Shown here: positions 39,570-49,676 of the stretch, one piece after another
Position numbering within the stretch: the stretch's first letter is position 1
How the letters are laid out: every line of letters begins with the position of its first letter
Assembly: GCA_963729625.1 (NCBI GenBank)
Contig: CAVSOU010000017.1
Span: 266,175-330,174, forward strand
Direction of reading: 5' to 3'
Length of the DNA: 64,000 nucleotides
Source: an uncultured bacterium
Lineage (GTDB): Bacteria; Chloroflexota; UBA5177; JANWHV01
Program-made: the position numbers and the translations under genes
The notes under the pieces: generated by a model
Told to the model about the DNA's origin: nothing
What the model saw: only the letters and a program-made list of their open reading frames with translations
The model's database searches: none

Positions 39570-41071
39570 TCGCCGACGTCTGCGTGCTGATCGAAGGGAC
39601 CTACCCCTACGCGCCCGGGGGCGTGTCTACCTGGACCCATTCCCTAATTGGAAATTTGCCCCAGTTCAACTTTAGCGTGGTGTACATCGGCTCCACGCCC
39701 GAGCAGCGGGGAAAGCTCTGCTATGAGCTGCCGAAGAATGTCGTCGACTTTCGCGAGGTCTATATTCATGACACACACGTAACGCGCGGACGTCGCTCCC
39801 CCCGACACAATCCAGAACTATGGTCGGCGCTCGCGGACTTCCACCTGGCCGGTGCCAAGGATATCCCTGGCGGCTACGGCGCTTTCGGTCGGTTACTATG
39901 TGAGTACGTCCCGAGCGAGATCTCCTCCTCCGACCTGTTGTTCGCCAGACAGAGCTGGGACATAATCACGCACCTCAATGCAATGCGCGCTGCGGATATC
40001 CCATTCACAGACTACTTCTGGACCTATCGCTTCACGCACCTCCCGATTCTGAATTTGCTTAACGTCGATATCCCCAAAGCACGGGTCTACCATGCGGTGA
40101 GCGCTGGGTACAACGCCCTGTTGGGTGCTTTCGCCAAGATTCGCTACGGCTCGCCATTGCTGCTGACCGAGCACGGCATTTATACCCGAGAGCGTGAGAT
40201 TGAAATCAGCCAGCTCGATTGGATCCGGAGTCCGCAGCATAGCGGCTACATCATATCGGCAAAGCCGGGCTACTTCCAGCAGTGGTGGATCGAGATGTTC
40301 AGGCACATGACTCGTTTTTCCTATGAGATTTCAGATCGCGTGATCTCCATCACCGGCGCGAACCAGCGCTTTCAGCTGCAGAACGGCGCCGACCCCGGCA
40401 AGATGATGGTCATTCCCAATGGCATCGATATCGATCGCATGAGCGGTGTGCGCAGGGAACGGCCGAGCACATCGGACTGCTTCACCGTTGGGTTCGTCGG
40501 ACGCGTCGTGGGAATCAAGGATGTGAAGACCTTTATCCGCGCGATCAGAATTGCCAGCACCGTGATTCCGAACCTGTTGGTGTTGATCGTGGGACCGGAA
40601 GGCGAGGAGCCCGACTATGCCGCACAGTGTCATCAGCTGGTCGAGACTCTCGGGCTCTCAAGTGTCATCCAGTTCACCGGCTCTCAGGATGTCCGCGACT
40701 ACTATGCGCGGATGGACGTGCTGGTGCTGACCAGCCTGAGCGAGGGGCAACCGCTGGTCATCCTGGAGGCGAATTGCGCGGGTGTGCCTGCGATTGCCTC
40801 CGATGTCGGCGCCTGTCGCGAGCTCTTGCTTGGCGACGCCGCCGATGACCGGGCGCTCGGTCCGAGCGGCCTGATTACTCCGCCCGCACATCCGCGCGCG
40901 ACCGCCGATGCGCTGATCCGGCTGTGGCGAGATGAGGGCCTGAGAGAGCAAATGTCCACTGCGGGATTCGAGCGGGTGCGACGATACTACCGGCAGGAGA
41001 CACTTTATGCGGCATATGACGACCTCTACGCGCAATACGCGCATGCCATGCCCGAAGAAGCCGGACGGTAG
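39566..41071 (+). CDS. pelF: PelF GT4 glycosyltransferase (DUF3492)
   Basis: EGTYPY..GGVS.W, HAVSAGY, LLLTEHGIYTRER, GRVV.IKDVKTFI, TSLSEGQPLVILEA. Confidence 0.93.
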   Translation: MIADVCVLIEGTYPYAPGGVSTWTHSLIGNLPQFNFSVVYIGSTPEQRGKLCYELPKNVVDFREVYIHDTHVTRGRRSPRHNPELWSALADFHLAGAKDIPGGYGAFGRLLCEYVPSEISSSDLLFARQSWDIITHLNAMRAADIPFTDYFWTYRFTHLPILNLLNVDIPKARVYHAVSAGYNALLGAFAKIRYGSPLLLTEHGIYTREREIEISQLDWIRSPQHSGYIISAKPGYFQQWWIEMFRHMTRFSYEISDRVISITGANQRFQLQNGADPGKMMVIPNGIDIDRMSGVRRERPSTSDCFTVGFVGRVVGIKDVKTFIRAIRIASTVIPNLLVLIVGPEGEEPDYAAQCHQLVETLGLSSVIQFTGSQDVRDYYARMDVLVLTSLSEGQPLVILEANCAGVPAIASDVGACRELLLGDAADDRALGPSGLITPPAHPRATADALIRLWRDEGLREQMSTAGFERVRRYYRQETLYAAYDDLYAQYAHAMPEEAGR

Positions 41072-41076
41072 AGCAC

Positions 41077-42453
41077 ATGGCTGGCATCGGCTTACGCCTT
41101 CATCGATTGGTCGAACGAGGAACCTATTTTCAAGCGGCGACTGCCTATCTGGCGTCCGCGGTCATCGGGTCGGGACCGTGGCTCTCTGCCGTGTTCTGGG
41201 TAGGGCTGCTCGGCAGTGTCGCTGTCGCGTTCTTGAGCCATGCCGATCGCGCACTGATGCTCACGACAATTACCTATGTTTTCTGCGCCAGTCTGTTGGT
41301 GTCCGGCGGGCCACAACTCGTCGTGACGCGCTATCTGTCCGATTGCCTGTACGTGGATGACGAAGATGCGATGGCGCCGGCGTGCACCGGCGTAATGCTC
41401 GCGGTACTGCCTCTGCTTGTTCTCGCGCTGCCGTTCATCGTCCTCGCGCCGTTTGACATTCGGTACCGGTTATTGACCGCCAGCTTGTTCGTAACGGTCT
41501 CCCTGATCTGGATGGTCGTAGTTTTCTTATCCGCAACACGCAGCTATGCCCGCATTGTCGTCGTATTTGTCTGTACATATGGTCTGAGCGTTTTCGCAGC
41601 CCTCGGGCTTGGGCAGTCGTTCGGTTTGCTCGGCAGCCTAAGCGGGTTCATGCTGGGCCAGATCGTTTGTTTGTGCCTGCTCATCGCACATATATATCTG
41701 GACTTTCCCCGTTCGCGAGGTCTCAATCTCGGGTTTCTTGCCTATGCGTGGCACTACTGGGATCTGCTTGCAATTGGGCTCTTTAGCACGCTCGGCCTCT
41801 GGATTGACAATATCTTCTTCTGGTATTCCGGGAATGGAATCCTCATTGCGCACTTCTACCATGTCTTTCCGGCATACGATCTCGCGAAACTGGTCGGATA
41901 CCTATCCGTCATTCCGGCGGCAGCCGTGTTCCTCGTACGTTTAGAGACGACCTTCTTCCAACAGTATGAACGTTTCTTCCGTCTCGTCTCCAACCAGGGC
42001 ATTCTGGCGGAAATTATCCTCGCTAGAAAGGGTATGGAGGCAGCGGTGAGGTCAACCATTGTGACCCTTCTGAAGATTCAACTCGTTGTAGACACGTTCC
42101 TTTTGCTGTTGGCGCCAGACATTGCGCATTTCCTTGGGCTATCCGCAAGTCGCGTAGATACAATTCGCATCCTTATACTGGCGGCGACCTGTCAATTTAT
42201 GTTCATGATCTTGCTGCTGCTGCTGCTGTACCTCGACGCACGCCGGCCTGCGCTGAAGGTAACGCTGGTATTCGCGGCGAGCAGCGCCTGTTTCACCCTG
42301 CTCACGCTTGCCCTGGGCGCGCCATTCTATGGCTTTGGTTTTCTCGCGGCTGCGATGCTTGCCGGACTGCTGGCACTTGTCGAGCTCCGCAACCGCCTCA
42401 AGCATTTGGAGTACGCAACTTACATGTTGCAGCCGATGGATCCGGCGCAGTGA
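41077..42453 (+). CDS. pelG: PelG polysaccharide exporter
   Basis: MAGIG.RL, SGPW, TRYLSD.LY, LWID..FW, YD, ET.F...Y and YLD.R motifs; about 12 TM helices. Confidence 0.92.
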   Translation: MAGIGLRLHRLVERGTYFQAATAYLASAVIGSGPWLSAVFWVGLLGSVAVAFLSHADRALMLTTITYVFCASLLVSGGPQLVVTRYLSDCLYVDDEDAMAPACTGVMLAVLPLLVLALPFIVLAPFDIRYRLLTASLFVTVSLIWMVVVFLSATRSYARIVVVFVCTYGLSVFAALGLGQSFGLLGSLSGFMLGQIVCLCLLIAHIYLDFPRSRGLNLGFLAYAWHYWDLLAIGLFSTLGLWIDNIFFWYSGNGILIAHFYHVFPAYDLAKLVGYLSVIPAAAVFLVRLETTFFQQYERFFRLVSNQGILAEIILARKGMEAAVRSTIVTLLKIQLVVDTFLLLLAPDIAHFLGLSASRVDTIRILILAATCQFMFMILLLLLLYLDARRPALKVTLVFAASSACFTLLTLALGAPFYGFGFLAAAMLAGLLALVELRNRLKHLEYATYMLQPMDPAQ

Positions 42454-42568
42454 TGTGCCATCGTAAAGCGCAGCGCTCCATTAGACGCGAAGCGGAAGTG
42501 CGCGGGCGACCGCGATTCGGCGACACGCGGAGCCGCCGCCGGCTCGTATCATGACTCGGGGTTGAGAC

Positions 42569-44392
42569 ATGACATCGAACTTTTCGCGACCCGCTGAGGC
42601 CGCACACGGGCAGCAGACAATTGACCTGCAGGTCCTCGTGGTCAGCGCCGACGGAGCTGAACCCGGACTTCTCGCGATAACGCAAGCACTGGATGTGCTC
42701 GGTACTCCCTACACCGTGCATATCGCCACGACGCACCGGGGCGGTGTGGTAAGCTCGTTCCTCGCGCACGAGGCGCACGGCTTCTATCAAGGAGTAATTC
42801 TCACAACGGGCAGTCTTGCCTACTTTGACGGCCAAGCCTACGTAAGTGCGTTGAGCCCTGAGGAGTGGCGGATTCTCCGGCGCTACGAGACGGAGTTCGG
42901 TATACGGGAAGTGGCCTGGTACACGTACCCGACCGCGGAGTATGGTTTCCAGCCGCCCAGAGAAGTGTTTCCCGCATCGAGCGAACCGGTGTTTGCGGCA
43001 TTTACACCGGCCGGGAGCGCAGTCTTCAACTACTTGAATACGCTGCGTCCCTTCGAAATCTCCCACGTGCATACCTATCTCGCACGGATGATCGCCGATA
43101 ACATGAATACTCCGCTGCTGCTCACCGACGAAGGCCATGCATTGGCCGTGGTGCACACGGCGAACGATGGGCATCAAAGCCTGGCCCTAACCTTTGATGG
43201 CAACGCATACATCACGCACACACTTGCGCTCGCGCAGGGGCTCATCAACTGGGTCACACGGGGACTGTTTCTTGGCGAGCGCCATGTCTTGCTCAGTCCT
43301 GAGATTGACGATGTCGGCATTGCGGCCGAAATCTGGCGTCCTGCCACGAGCGAGGGATCGTGCTCCACGTACCGGATCACTGGCGATGATCTGCAGTGCA
43401 TCGTTCGCTGGCAACGTGCCAAGCAGCAGGCGGCCATGACGCAGGGATTGCGACTGAGCATGGTCTACAACGGCCAGGGGAGCACCGCTACCGATGGTCG
43501 GCCTGATTCGCTCATGGCCGCTATCGATCGGTATCAGTCCGATTTCAACTGGATCAACCATACCTACGGGCACTTGAATCTGGATGATTCAAACTACGCC
43601 GAAGGCGAGGAGCAGATCAGACTGAACAATGCGGTAGCTCGGGTCAAGGGTTTCGAGCGGTTCAACCCGTTCTGCATGGTCACGCCAGATGTCTCGGGGC
43701 TGGCGAATCTGCAGTTCCTGCGGGCCGCCTACGACAATGGGATCCGCTACCTTGTGACCGACACCTCGCGGCCAGGTTATGACACCGCGCCGCCCAACGC
43801 CGCGATTCGCAGCACGTGCCACGCCGGCATCCTCCTGGTACCGCGGCATCCTACAAACTTATACTACGACGTCTCCACGCCGGCGGAGTGGCTCGCGGAG
43901 GATCACTCATTGTATCCACCGGACCGTAGTGGTCACGCCGCCACGTACGAGCGACTGCTCGATCGCGAGAGCAGCGTACTGTTGCGGTACCTCTTGTTGG
44001 GTGACTGGAGCCCATTGATGTTCCACCAGGCGAACCTGCGTGTCTACGACCGCGAGAACACGCTGCTCACCGACCTGCTTGAGGCGACGCTGGCCGCGTA
44101 TGAGCGCATTTTCACGCTACCACTTGAAAGCCTGCCATTGGAGGAGTTGGGACGACGGATGGCGGAGCGGGCTGCGTTTGATTCGGCAGGGGTACGCGCG
44201 TTTGTCACGCGATCGGCGGCGGGGCGCTGGCAGACCCTGGCACTGCAGGCGAAGCAGGCATGCGTAGTACCAGTTACCGGCCTGCGCCATGAGAGTGCTG
44301 AATACCACGGCAGCAGGCCTATTGCGCACATTCCGCTGGAGCCGGGAGAGAGCACACTGTACGAGGTGCCGGAGAAAGTGCGGCTACCGTGA
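42569..44392 (+). CDS. Agd3-like (CE18) deacetylase, no evident signal peptide
   Basis: IDDVG, WINHTYGH, PRHPTNLYYD, MFHQANL; collinear paralog of 32737-35766. Confidence 0.75.
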   Translation: MTSNFSRPAEAAHGQQTIDLQVLVVSADGAEPGLLAITQALDVLGTPYTVHIATTHRGGVVSSFLAHEAHGFYQGVILTTGSLAYFDGQAYVSALSPEEWRILRRYETEFGIREVAWYTYPTAEYGFQPPREVFPASSEPVFAAFTPAGSAVFNYLNTLRPFEISHVHTYLARMIADNMNTPLLLTDEGHALAVVHTANDGHQSLALTFDGNAYITHTLALAQGLINWVTRGLFLGERHVLLSPEIDDVGIAAEIWRPATSEGSCSTYRITGDDLQCIVRWQRAKQQAAMTQGLRLSMVYNGQGSTATDGRPDSLMAAIDRYQSDFNWINHTYGHLNLDDSNYAEGEEQIRLNNAVARVKGFERFNPFCMVTPDVSGLANLQFLRAAYDNGIRYLVTDTSRPGYDTAPPNAAIRSTCHAGILLVPRHPTNLYYDVSTPAEWLAEDHSLYPPDRSGHAATYERLLDRESSVLLRYLLLGDWSPLMFHQANLRVYDRENTLLTDLLEATLAAYERIFTLPLESLPLEELGRRMAERAAFDSAGVRAFVTRSAAGRWQTLALQAKQACVVPVTGLRHESAEYHGSRPIAHIPLEPGESTLYEVPEKVRLP

Positions 44393-45420
44393 CCTGGGTA
44401 AGACTGCGTGCCGCCGCATCTGCACGTGTGAATGCTGCGCGCCGGAGCCTCGGCCCCGGCTTATGGTTGATGCTCATTCTGGGGTCGAGCCTGGCATGGA
44501 GCGGGAAGGGTACTGCCGGTATGGCCACTAGCTCGATCGCCGAACGGCGCCCATGGAGCGCCATTCACAACTGGGTGTACTGGCTCGATGGACCCCGGCT
44601 CGATCAGATTGGCGCCTCGCGCTTCGAGCTCGCCGTGATCGATTATTCGTCTGATGGAACAGCTCGCGGCGCGTTCAGCGTTGCACAGATTGATTCGCTG
44701 CGCCACTCTACCTGCAGCCGGCGTGTCCTCGCCTACCTTAGCATCGGCCAAGCGGAGGAGTATCGGTGGTATTGGCAGCGAGGATGGCAGCCCGGCGTAC
44801 CTGCGTGGATTGGGCACGAGGACCAGGATTGGGCAGGCAACTACTGGGTCCAGTATTGGCAAGCCGGCTGGCAAAGTATCGTGCTTCGATACGTTGACAA
44901 GATCATCGCCGCGGGCTTCGATGGCCTCTACCTCGATCGCATCGATGCCTACATGGAGCCCTATGCGCGTGGGCACCGTGCGGACATGATCGCCTTCGTG
45001 GGCGAGATTGCACGGTATGCCCGATCGCACTCTCCACTTGGTCGGGACTTTGGTATTTTCGCGCAGAATGCTGAGGAGCTCGCAGCTCAGGATCGCGGCT
45101 ACGCGGAGATCCTGACCGGCCTCGGACGCGAGGAGACATATGTGCAGGCAACGAACATTCCGACATCCGCGACCGATCGCGCCGGTACGGAACTCAGCCT
45201 GCAGCAGTTTCGGCGACAGAGCGCGATCGGACTGGTTCTTACGGTAGACTACGCCGACAGTCAGCCGCTGATCTCCCAAGCCTATAAACGCGCAATGAGC
45301 AAGGGCTTCGTCCCTTATGTCACCGACGTCGGCCTGGACCGCATGCGGCTCAACCCCGGCTTCCTACCGGAATGCCACGCTCCGACCGCGAAGTCCGCTG
45401 GCAAAGGCCCCGGCGCCTGA
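44389..45420 (+). CDS. endo-alpha-1,4-polygalactosaminidase-like hydrolase (MJ1477/TM1410, GH114/GH166; PelA-hydrolase-like)
   Basis: AYLSIGQAEEYR.YW, W.GNY.V.YW, GFDGLYLDRID, QNAEEL; N-terminal hydrophobic segment; GTGA-coupled to the upstream gene. Confidence 0.82.
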   Translation: MTWVRLRAAASARVNAARRSLGPGLWLMLILGSSLAWSGKGTAGMATSSIAERRPWSAIHNWVYWLDGPRLDQIGASRFELAVIDYSSDGTARGAFSVAQIDSLRHSTCSRRVLAYLSIGQAEEYRWYWQRGWQPGVPAWIGHEDQDWAGNYWVQYWQAGWQSIVLRYVDKIIAAGFDGLYLDRIDAYMEPYARGHRADMIAFVGEIARYARSHSPLGRDFGIFAQNAEELAAQDRGYAEILTGLGREETYVQATNIPTSATDRAGTELSLQQFRRQSAIGLVLTVDYADSQPLISQAYKRAMSKGFVPYVTDVGLDRMRLNPGFLPECHAPTAKSAGKGPGA

Positions 45421-45612
45421 GATGATACCTGCGGAACGTGGTCTCGCGGCTCGCTATGCTCTCGGCACCTGAGCGATCATCCCAGGCCTCGTCGTGGCTG
45501 CCACGATGGTACCGGTGCACCATCGTGCGCGTGTCAGACGGCAGGACGCCAGACAACATGAGACGAATTGTCGTTACCAAGCAGGATCGTCTTGGTAGAA
45601 GATGCCACCAGC

Positions 45613-47853
45613 TTAGCTCCAGCAGGGCGTCCACGGTCCATTGAGATCGAATGTGGCGAGCGCAGAGCTGAACCGCATCGAATTGGCCTGCGGACAGAAC
45701 TGCGCCGTGGTCATGCCGTCGTCGCTGTATTCGGTCTCGAATACGGCCTTGTTGTCGTTGATGAAGGGTGTCTCGGTGCTGCACTCGCTGTACTTGAAGC
45801 ACTCCTCGTCGATGGAGAAGTCAAAGCTCGGCTGAAGCGTGGCAACCTGGTCAACGTCGTTCTTGAGCCCTGCTGACAAGCCCAGCGTGTGGGCCGTTGT
45901 CGCCAGGAACGTGTTGTATGTGATCTGGTCGCTGGCCGTGGTAGCAAAGCCGGGAGAGTTCTCATAGGAATCAACGTTGTCCCACTCGATGGCATCGAAG
46001 CCCTTTGTCTGACACATCTGGGCACGCGCCACCATGATAGATTTGAGCGCACTGTAGTTCGGTCCCGCCGGACGCACGTCGAGCCATAGCTCACCGGGCC
46101 AGCCGGAGACGGCGCTCCCCTTGAGTCCTGCGGGGAACAGCGAGTCGTCAGATCGGCCAGGCTCATACGTTCCGGCGTCTATGTAGCAGATGGCGCGGAT
46201 ACCGTTCGCGTGTAAGGTGGCGACGGTCGAGGCCGGGTTGTCGAATCCGTCGATGTCATACGCCTGGACGGCATGCAGGCCACTCAGGCTGGGCGTGGCG
46301 CCGATTTCCCAGAACCACGTCGTGCCCGGTGTCGGGTGCCAGACGCTGGCTGCCACGGGCGTACCCGTCGACGTCGGAGTAATGGGCGTGCTTGAGGCAG
46401 GAGGTGGAGTCGGCGTCTTGGTGGCGGTCGGCGGTGCGACAGTCGGTATAGCGGTATTCGGCGGGGTTGGCGGGGTGTTGGTGGCGGTCGGCGGTGCGAC
46501 AGTCGGTGTAGCGGTCTTCGACGGGGATGGCGGTGTGTTGGTGGCGGTCGGCGGTGCGACAGTCGGTGTAGCGGTCTTCGACGGGGATGGCGGTGTGTTG
46601 GTGGCGGTCGGCGGCGCGACAGTCGGTATAGCGGTATTCGGCGGGGATGGCGGTGTGTTGGTGGCGGTCGGCGGCGCGACAGTCGGTATAGCGGTATTCG
46701 GCGGGGTTGGCGACGCGGACGGGAGCGACCCTGTGTTGGTGGCGGCGGGCGATGCCGTCGGCGAGCTGATCGGGGAGGGCATGGGCGACGGTGTGAACGT
46801 TGGTGCTTGCGCGCCGGCACTCGAGCAAGAGGGACCCGGCTGCTGCACCGTCCAGGTGGAGAAGTCTGCATACCAAGACGGCAAGGCGATCGCGGTTGCG
46901 CCCGAGGAGGCATACGCGGATGAGTAGTACCAGAAGCCGCCGTTGCCACGGAAGGTCAGCAGCCGGCTCTCGCTGACCGGCGCCGACGATGCGGCCTGAG
47001 ACGCGGGGTCGCCCTGCACGGACAGCCAGCGCCAGGCGGGGATGCCCCAGCTGGCCGGAAGCTGCTGGTTGTAGCCATTCTCAACGCTGACGATATCGGC
47101 GTAGTTGAACATCGAGGCATCCGGCGGCACCAGCCCGGGATCCATGATCACCAGTTTCGTGGCGCCGTAGCTCCTGACGCGAGCAGCCCGCGCGCTCTGA
47201 TATGCCGCGACCCCGGATGCGGTACTGGCCTGGTCAAAGAACATGCCGTCGTACCCCGCCTGCATGGCCGTGTCGATGCCGGCGTCGACACTCGTAGCCG
47301 ACGCGGCACCATAGTTGAGCGGGAGATACTGGATTGCCCGTATCCCGCTCTGATGCAGGTAGCCAGGAATATCGCTTCGCGCTGCAAGCCCGTCGCCCAC
47401 GACGACAAAATTGGGTTTCGCGCGAACGATGGCCTGCAGCGTCGTGTCGGTGGAGGCGGGATTCTGGATGTAGCCGTAGTACAGCGTGAAAAGCCCATTG
47501 CCGGCAGGGCAGGCCGTCTGCGACACGACTGCCGAGACTGTGGCCGTAGCGGTGAGCAGGGCCCCTGTCGCGGTCGGAGTCGGCGTGGTGGCCGTAGCGG
47601 TGAGCGGGGCCCCTGTCGCGGTCGGAGCCGGCGTGGTGGCCGTGGCGGACACCGTTGGCGAAACGTGATGCCACGCGTTGTACGTAGGGCGCGCACCTTG
47701 CCCGTAGTTCTCCGCATTGCTGCTTCCGGGTGCGGCAAATGCCCGTGGGAGCGCAGCGACCACGATGCTGCCCGCGACGAGCATTGCGCTCAAGAGCGCC
47801 CGCACTACAAGGTGAGACTTCGCGTATACCGTGGCCGAACGCCGCGCTGGCAT
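45613..47853 (-). CDS. secreted spherulin-4/Sph3 (GH135)-like domain, Pro/Thr linker and Ega3-like GH114 domain
   Basis: Signal peptide. GH135-like motifs YDGMFFDQ, IMDPG, ADIVSVEN. GH114 motifs YDIDGFD, ICYIDAGTYE, KGFDAIEWDNVD, GLKND, EEC..Y.EC. GGAG RBS. Confidence 0.78.
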   Translation of the reverse strand: MPARRSATVYAKSHLVVRALLSAMLVAGSIVVAALPRAFAAPGSSNAENYGQGARPTYNAWHHVSPTVSATATTPAPTATGAPLTATATTPTPTATGALLTATATVSAVVSQTACPAGNGLFTLYYGYIQNPASTDTTLQAIVRAKPNFVVVGDGLAARSDIPGYLHQSGIRAIQYLPLNYGAASATSVDAGIDTAMQAGYDGMFFDQASTASGVAAYQSARAARVRSYGATKLVIMDPGLVPPDASMFNYADIVSVENGYNQQLPASWGIPAWRWLSVQGDPASQAASSAPVSESRLLTFRGNGGFWYYSSAYASSGATAIALPSWYADFSTWTVQQPGPSCSSAGAQAPTFTPSPMPSPISSPTASPAATNTGSLPSASPTPPNTAIPTVAPPTATNTPPSPPNTAIPTVAPPTATNTPPSPSKTATPTVAPPTATNTPPSPSKTATPTVAPPTATNTPPTPPNTAIPTVAPPTATKTPTPPPASSTPITPTSTGTPVAASVWHPTPGTTWFWEIGATPSLSGLHAVQAYDIDGFDNPASTVATLHANGIRAICYIDAGTYEPGRSDDSLFPAGLKGSAVSGWPGELWLDVRPAGPNYSALKSIMVARAQMCQTKGFDAIEWDNVDSYENSPGFATTASDQITYNTFLATTAHTLGLSAGLKNDVDQVATLQPSFDFSIDEECFKYSECSTETPFINDNKAVFETEYSDDGMTTAQFCPQANSMRFSSALATFDLNGPWTPCWS
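46418..46710 (-). repeat. 60-bp coding tandem repeat, about 5 copies (PPNTAIPTVAPPTATNTPPS-like)
   Basis: GTGGCGGTCGGCGG(T/C)GCGACAGTCGGT recurs at 46421, 46481, 46541, 46601 and 46661. Confidence 0.95.
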
Positions 47854-47919
47854 CTTGTTATCTCCACTGCTTCTCCCAAGCACGTGCATGCACGCGCGTT
47901 GGTGATCCGCTACATACAA

Positions 47920-48008
47920 TGCCGTAAAGCCATAGGGACACTATGACCAATGCTTGCGCCGCAGCCAATCACCTACTATGGATGCCCAATTTGGATAGCC
48001 AAGATGGG
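47920..48008 (-). promoter_or_regulatory. conserved promoter block (copy 2): -35 TTGGCT, 17 bp, -10 CATAGT
   Basis: Reverse-complement match to 16864-16952, upstream of the GH135-GH114 gene. Confidence 0.6.
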
Positions 48009-48275
48009 CGGACCAAAGTACTGGGTCTTGTTGCGGACGCCCGCCGCGCGCTCGTGGCCCGGGAGCCAGCGCACGGCACGGCCCCTGCAAGTCGCGGTTC
48101 GCGGGGACGGGGAAGTGCTCAGAGCCATCGTGCTCAGAGCCATCGTGCTCAGCGAGCCGAGGTCCAGCAATGATAAACGATCGCTACGCCAGCCCAAGGA
48201 TCGAGCTATCGATCTATGCTGAAAGGCCATGCTGGCGCCGGGGCTCCCCCTGCTGAAGAGAGGGCCCGCCTGTTC

Positions 48276-49676
48276 TCAGGCGACGCCTGTAGCGATTGCC
48301 TTTCTCGTCCTCACCTTGCCGTCGCTGATCGCTGTATCCAGCGAGATCTGTCCCTTGAGATAGGGCATGTAAGCTGCTTGCAGTGCGTCGAACTGCGCAT
48401 TGTTATTCGCCGCGGTCGGGATCGCCCGGCTGGCAGGCAGCACGGCTACGACCTCGTCGAGGTAGCGTGGCGCCCAGGGCTTGAGCACCTTGTCATAGGC
48501 CGATTTGACGCAGGGGGGCTGCCCGTTGAACATGGAGCTTCGCCAGAACTGCTGATTGTAGGTCAAGAACGCGAAGAAGTCAGCCACCTCCTGCTTGTGC
48601 CGACCATACTTCAGGAGCACGACGCCGGTATTCCAGAACACCGTGGCCCCGGCACCGCCAGCGCCGGGCTTGGGCAGCGGCGCCAGGCCCAGGTTCTGTA
48701 CACCGAAGGTTTTGGCCCCTCGCACTGCTGCGTTGTAGTATTTCAGCAGCATTGCCGCCCTGCCGGATCTGAACTCGGCCTCATCGGCGGAGCCCGTCAC
48801 GGCTGAACCCGGCTTGAAGATGTCCGGCGGTGCGTAGGCGACGATCTCTTTCATGTAGGTCAACGCCTTGCGAAAAACTTGCTCCTTGTGAGCCCAGTCC
48901 AGGTACCCATCGCGGGTGTAGATATTGGTATCAATGCTGTAGGCGATGGGGATGAACGTGGGCCAGGCGGTCAAGTCGCACGCGCCGCCGTAAACGCGGG
49001 GCTGGTGCCTTACCAGCTTCGTGCCGATAGTTCTGGCAGCCGCGATGTAGTCCTCCCAGGTTGCGGGCGGTTTGGCGATGCCGGCCAACTTGAAGTAGTC
49101 CTTGCGGTAGGCATAGCCGACGGTATCCAGGAGCAAGGGGAACTGGAAGAGCTTGCCTGCGATACTCGATTCCTTCCTCACGGCCGGGAAGAGGTCGCTT
49201 ATCAAGGCACTGCTCACATAGGGATCCCAGGGCTCGATCGCTCCCGCGGCATAGAGTTGACCGTTGTCCACGAAGGGCGTGGCGCCGAAGAAGGCATCCC
49301 AGTAGCTGGTGTGCCGGCGCGCCTCGGACACGAGCGTGGCGGTGGGAGTAGTCCCCGCCGGTGCCAGCTTCAGCAGCACGGGTTTGCGGTCGGGGTGCAT
49401 GGCATTGTACGACTTGACCAGCTGGTAGACCACCGGGTTGACGGCGGTGAACCAGCTGTCGCACACAATGGTCACCTGCTCGCTCAGGCTAGCTTGGCTG
49501 AACCCGGCCTCGGATTGTGCGGCCTGGACCCCGTCGGGGCGGCGCGCCGGCAGGAGCGCCCCGGCGGCGGCCGCGGACGCGCCGATAGCTCCCATACGGC
49601 GCACGAAGTGTTTGCGCGAAAGCGTGCCGCTGGCATCCTGCCAGTGCTGCTCGCAGGTCGCTTCAGGATTCTCCAT
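48276..49676 (-). CDS. orphan carbohydrate ABC substrate-binding protein
   Basis: Tat-like leader (SRKHFVRRMG); GKLFQFP....YAYRKDYF..AGI..PP.TWED. Start at ATG 49676. Confidence 0.8.
   Translation of the reverse strand: MENPEATCEQHWQDASGTLSRKHFVRRMGAIGASAAAAGALLPARRPDGVQAAQSEAGFSQASLSEQVTIVCDSWFTAVNPVVYQLVKSYNAMHPDRKPVLLKLAPAGTTPTATLVSEARRHTSYWDAFFGATPFVDNGQLYAAGAIEPWDPYVSSALISDLFPAVRKESSIAGKLFQFPLLLDTVGYAYRKDYFKLAGIAKPPATWEDYIAAARTIGTKLVRHQPRVYGGACDLTAWPTFIPIAYSIDTNIYTRDGYLDWAHKEQVFRKALTYMKEIVAYAPPDIFKPGSAVTGSADEAEFRSGRAAMLLKYYNAAVRGAKTFGVQNLGLAPLPKPGAGGAGATVFWNTGVVLLKYGRHKQEVADFFAFLTYNQQFWRSSMFNGQPPCVKSAYDKVLKPWAPRYLDEVVAVLPASRAIPTAANNNAQFDALQAAYMPYLKGQISLDTAISDGKVRTRKAIATGVA

Noticed and set aside
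46418-46710. 60-bp periodic repeats as a CRISPR array
   Set aside because: They are in frame, encode a Pro/Thr linker, have no unique spacers, and no cas genes are present.
48115-48152. 15-bp tandem repeat GTGCTCAGAGCCATC x2.5
   Set aside because: A short intergenic slippage repeat with nothing to support a function.
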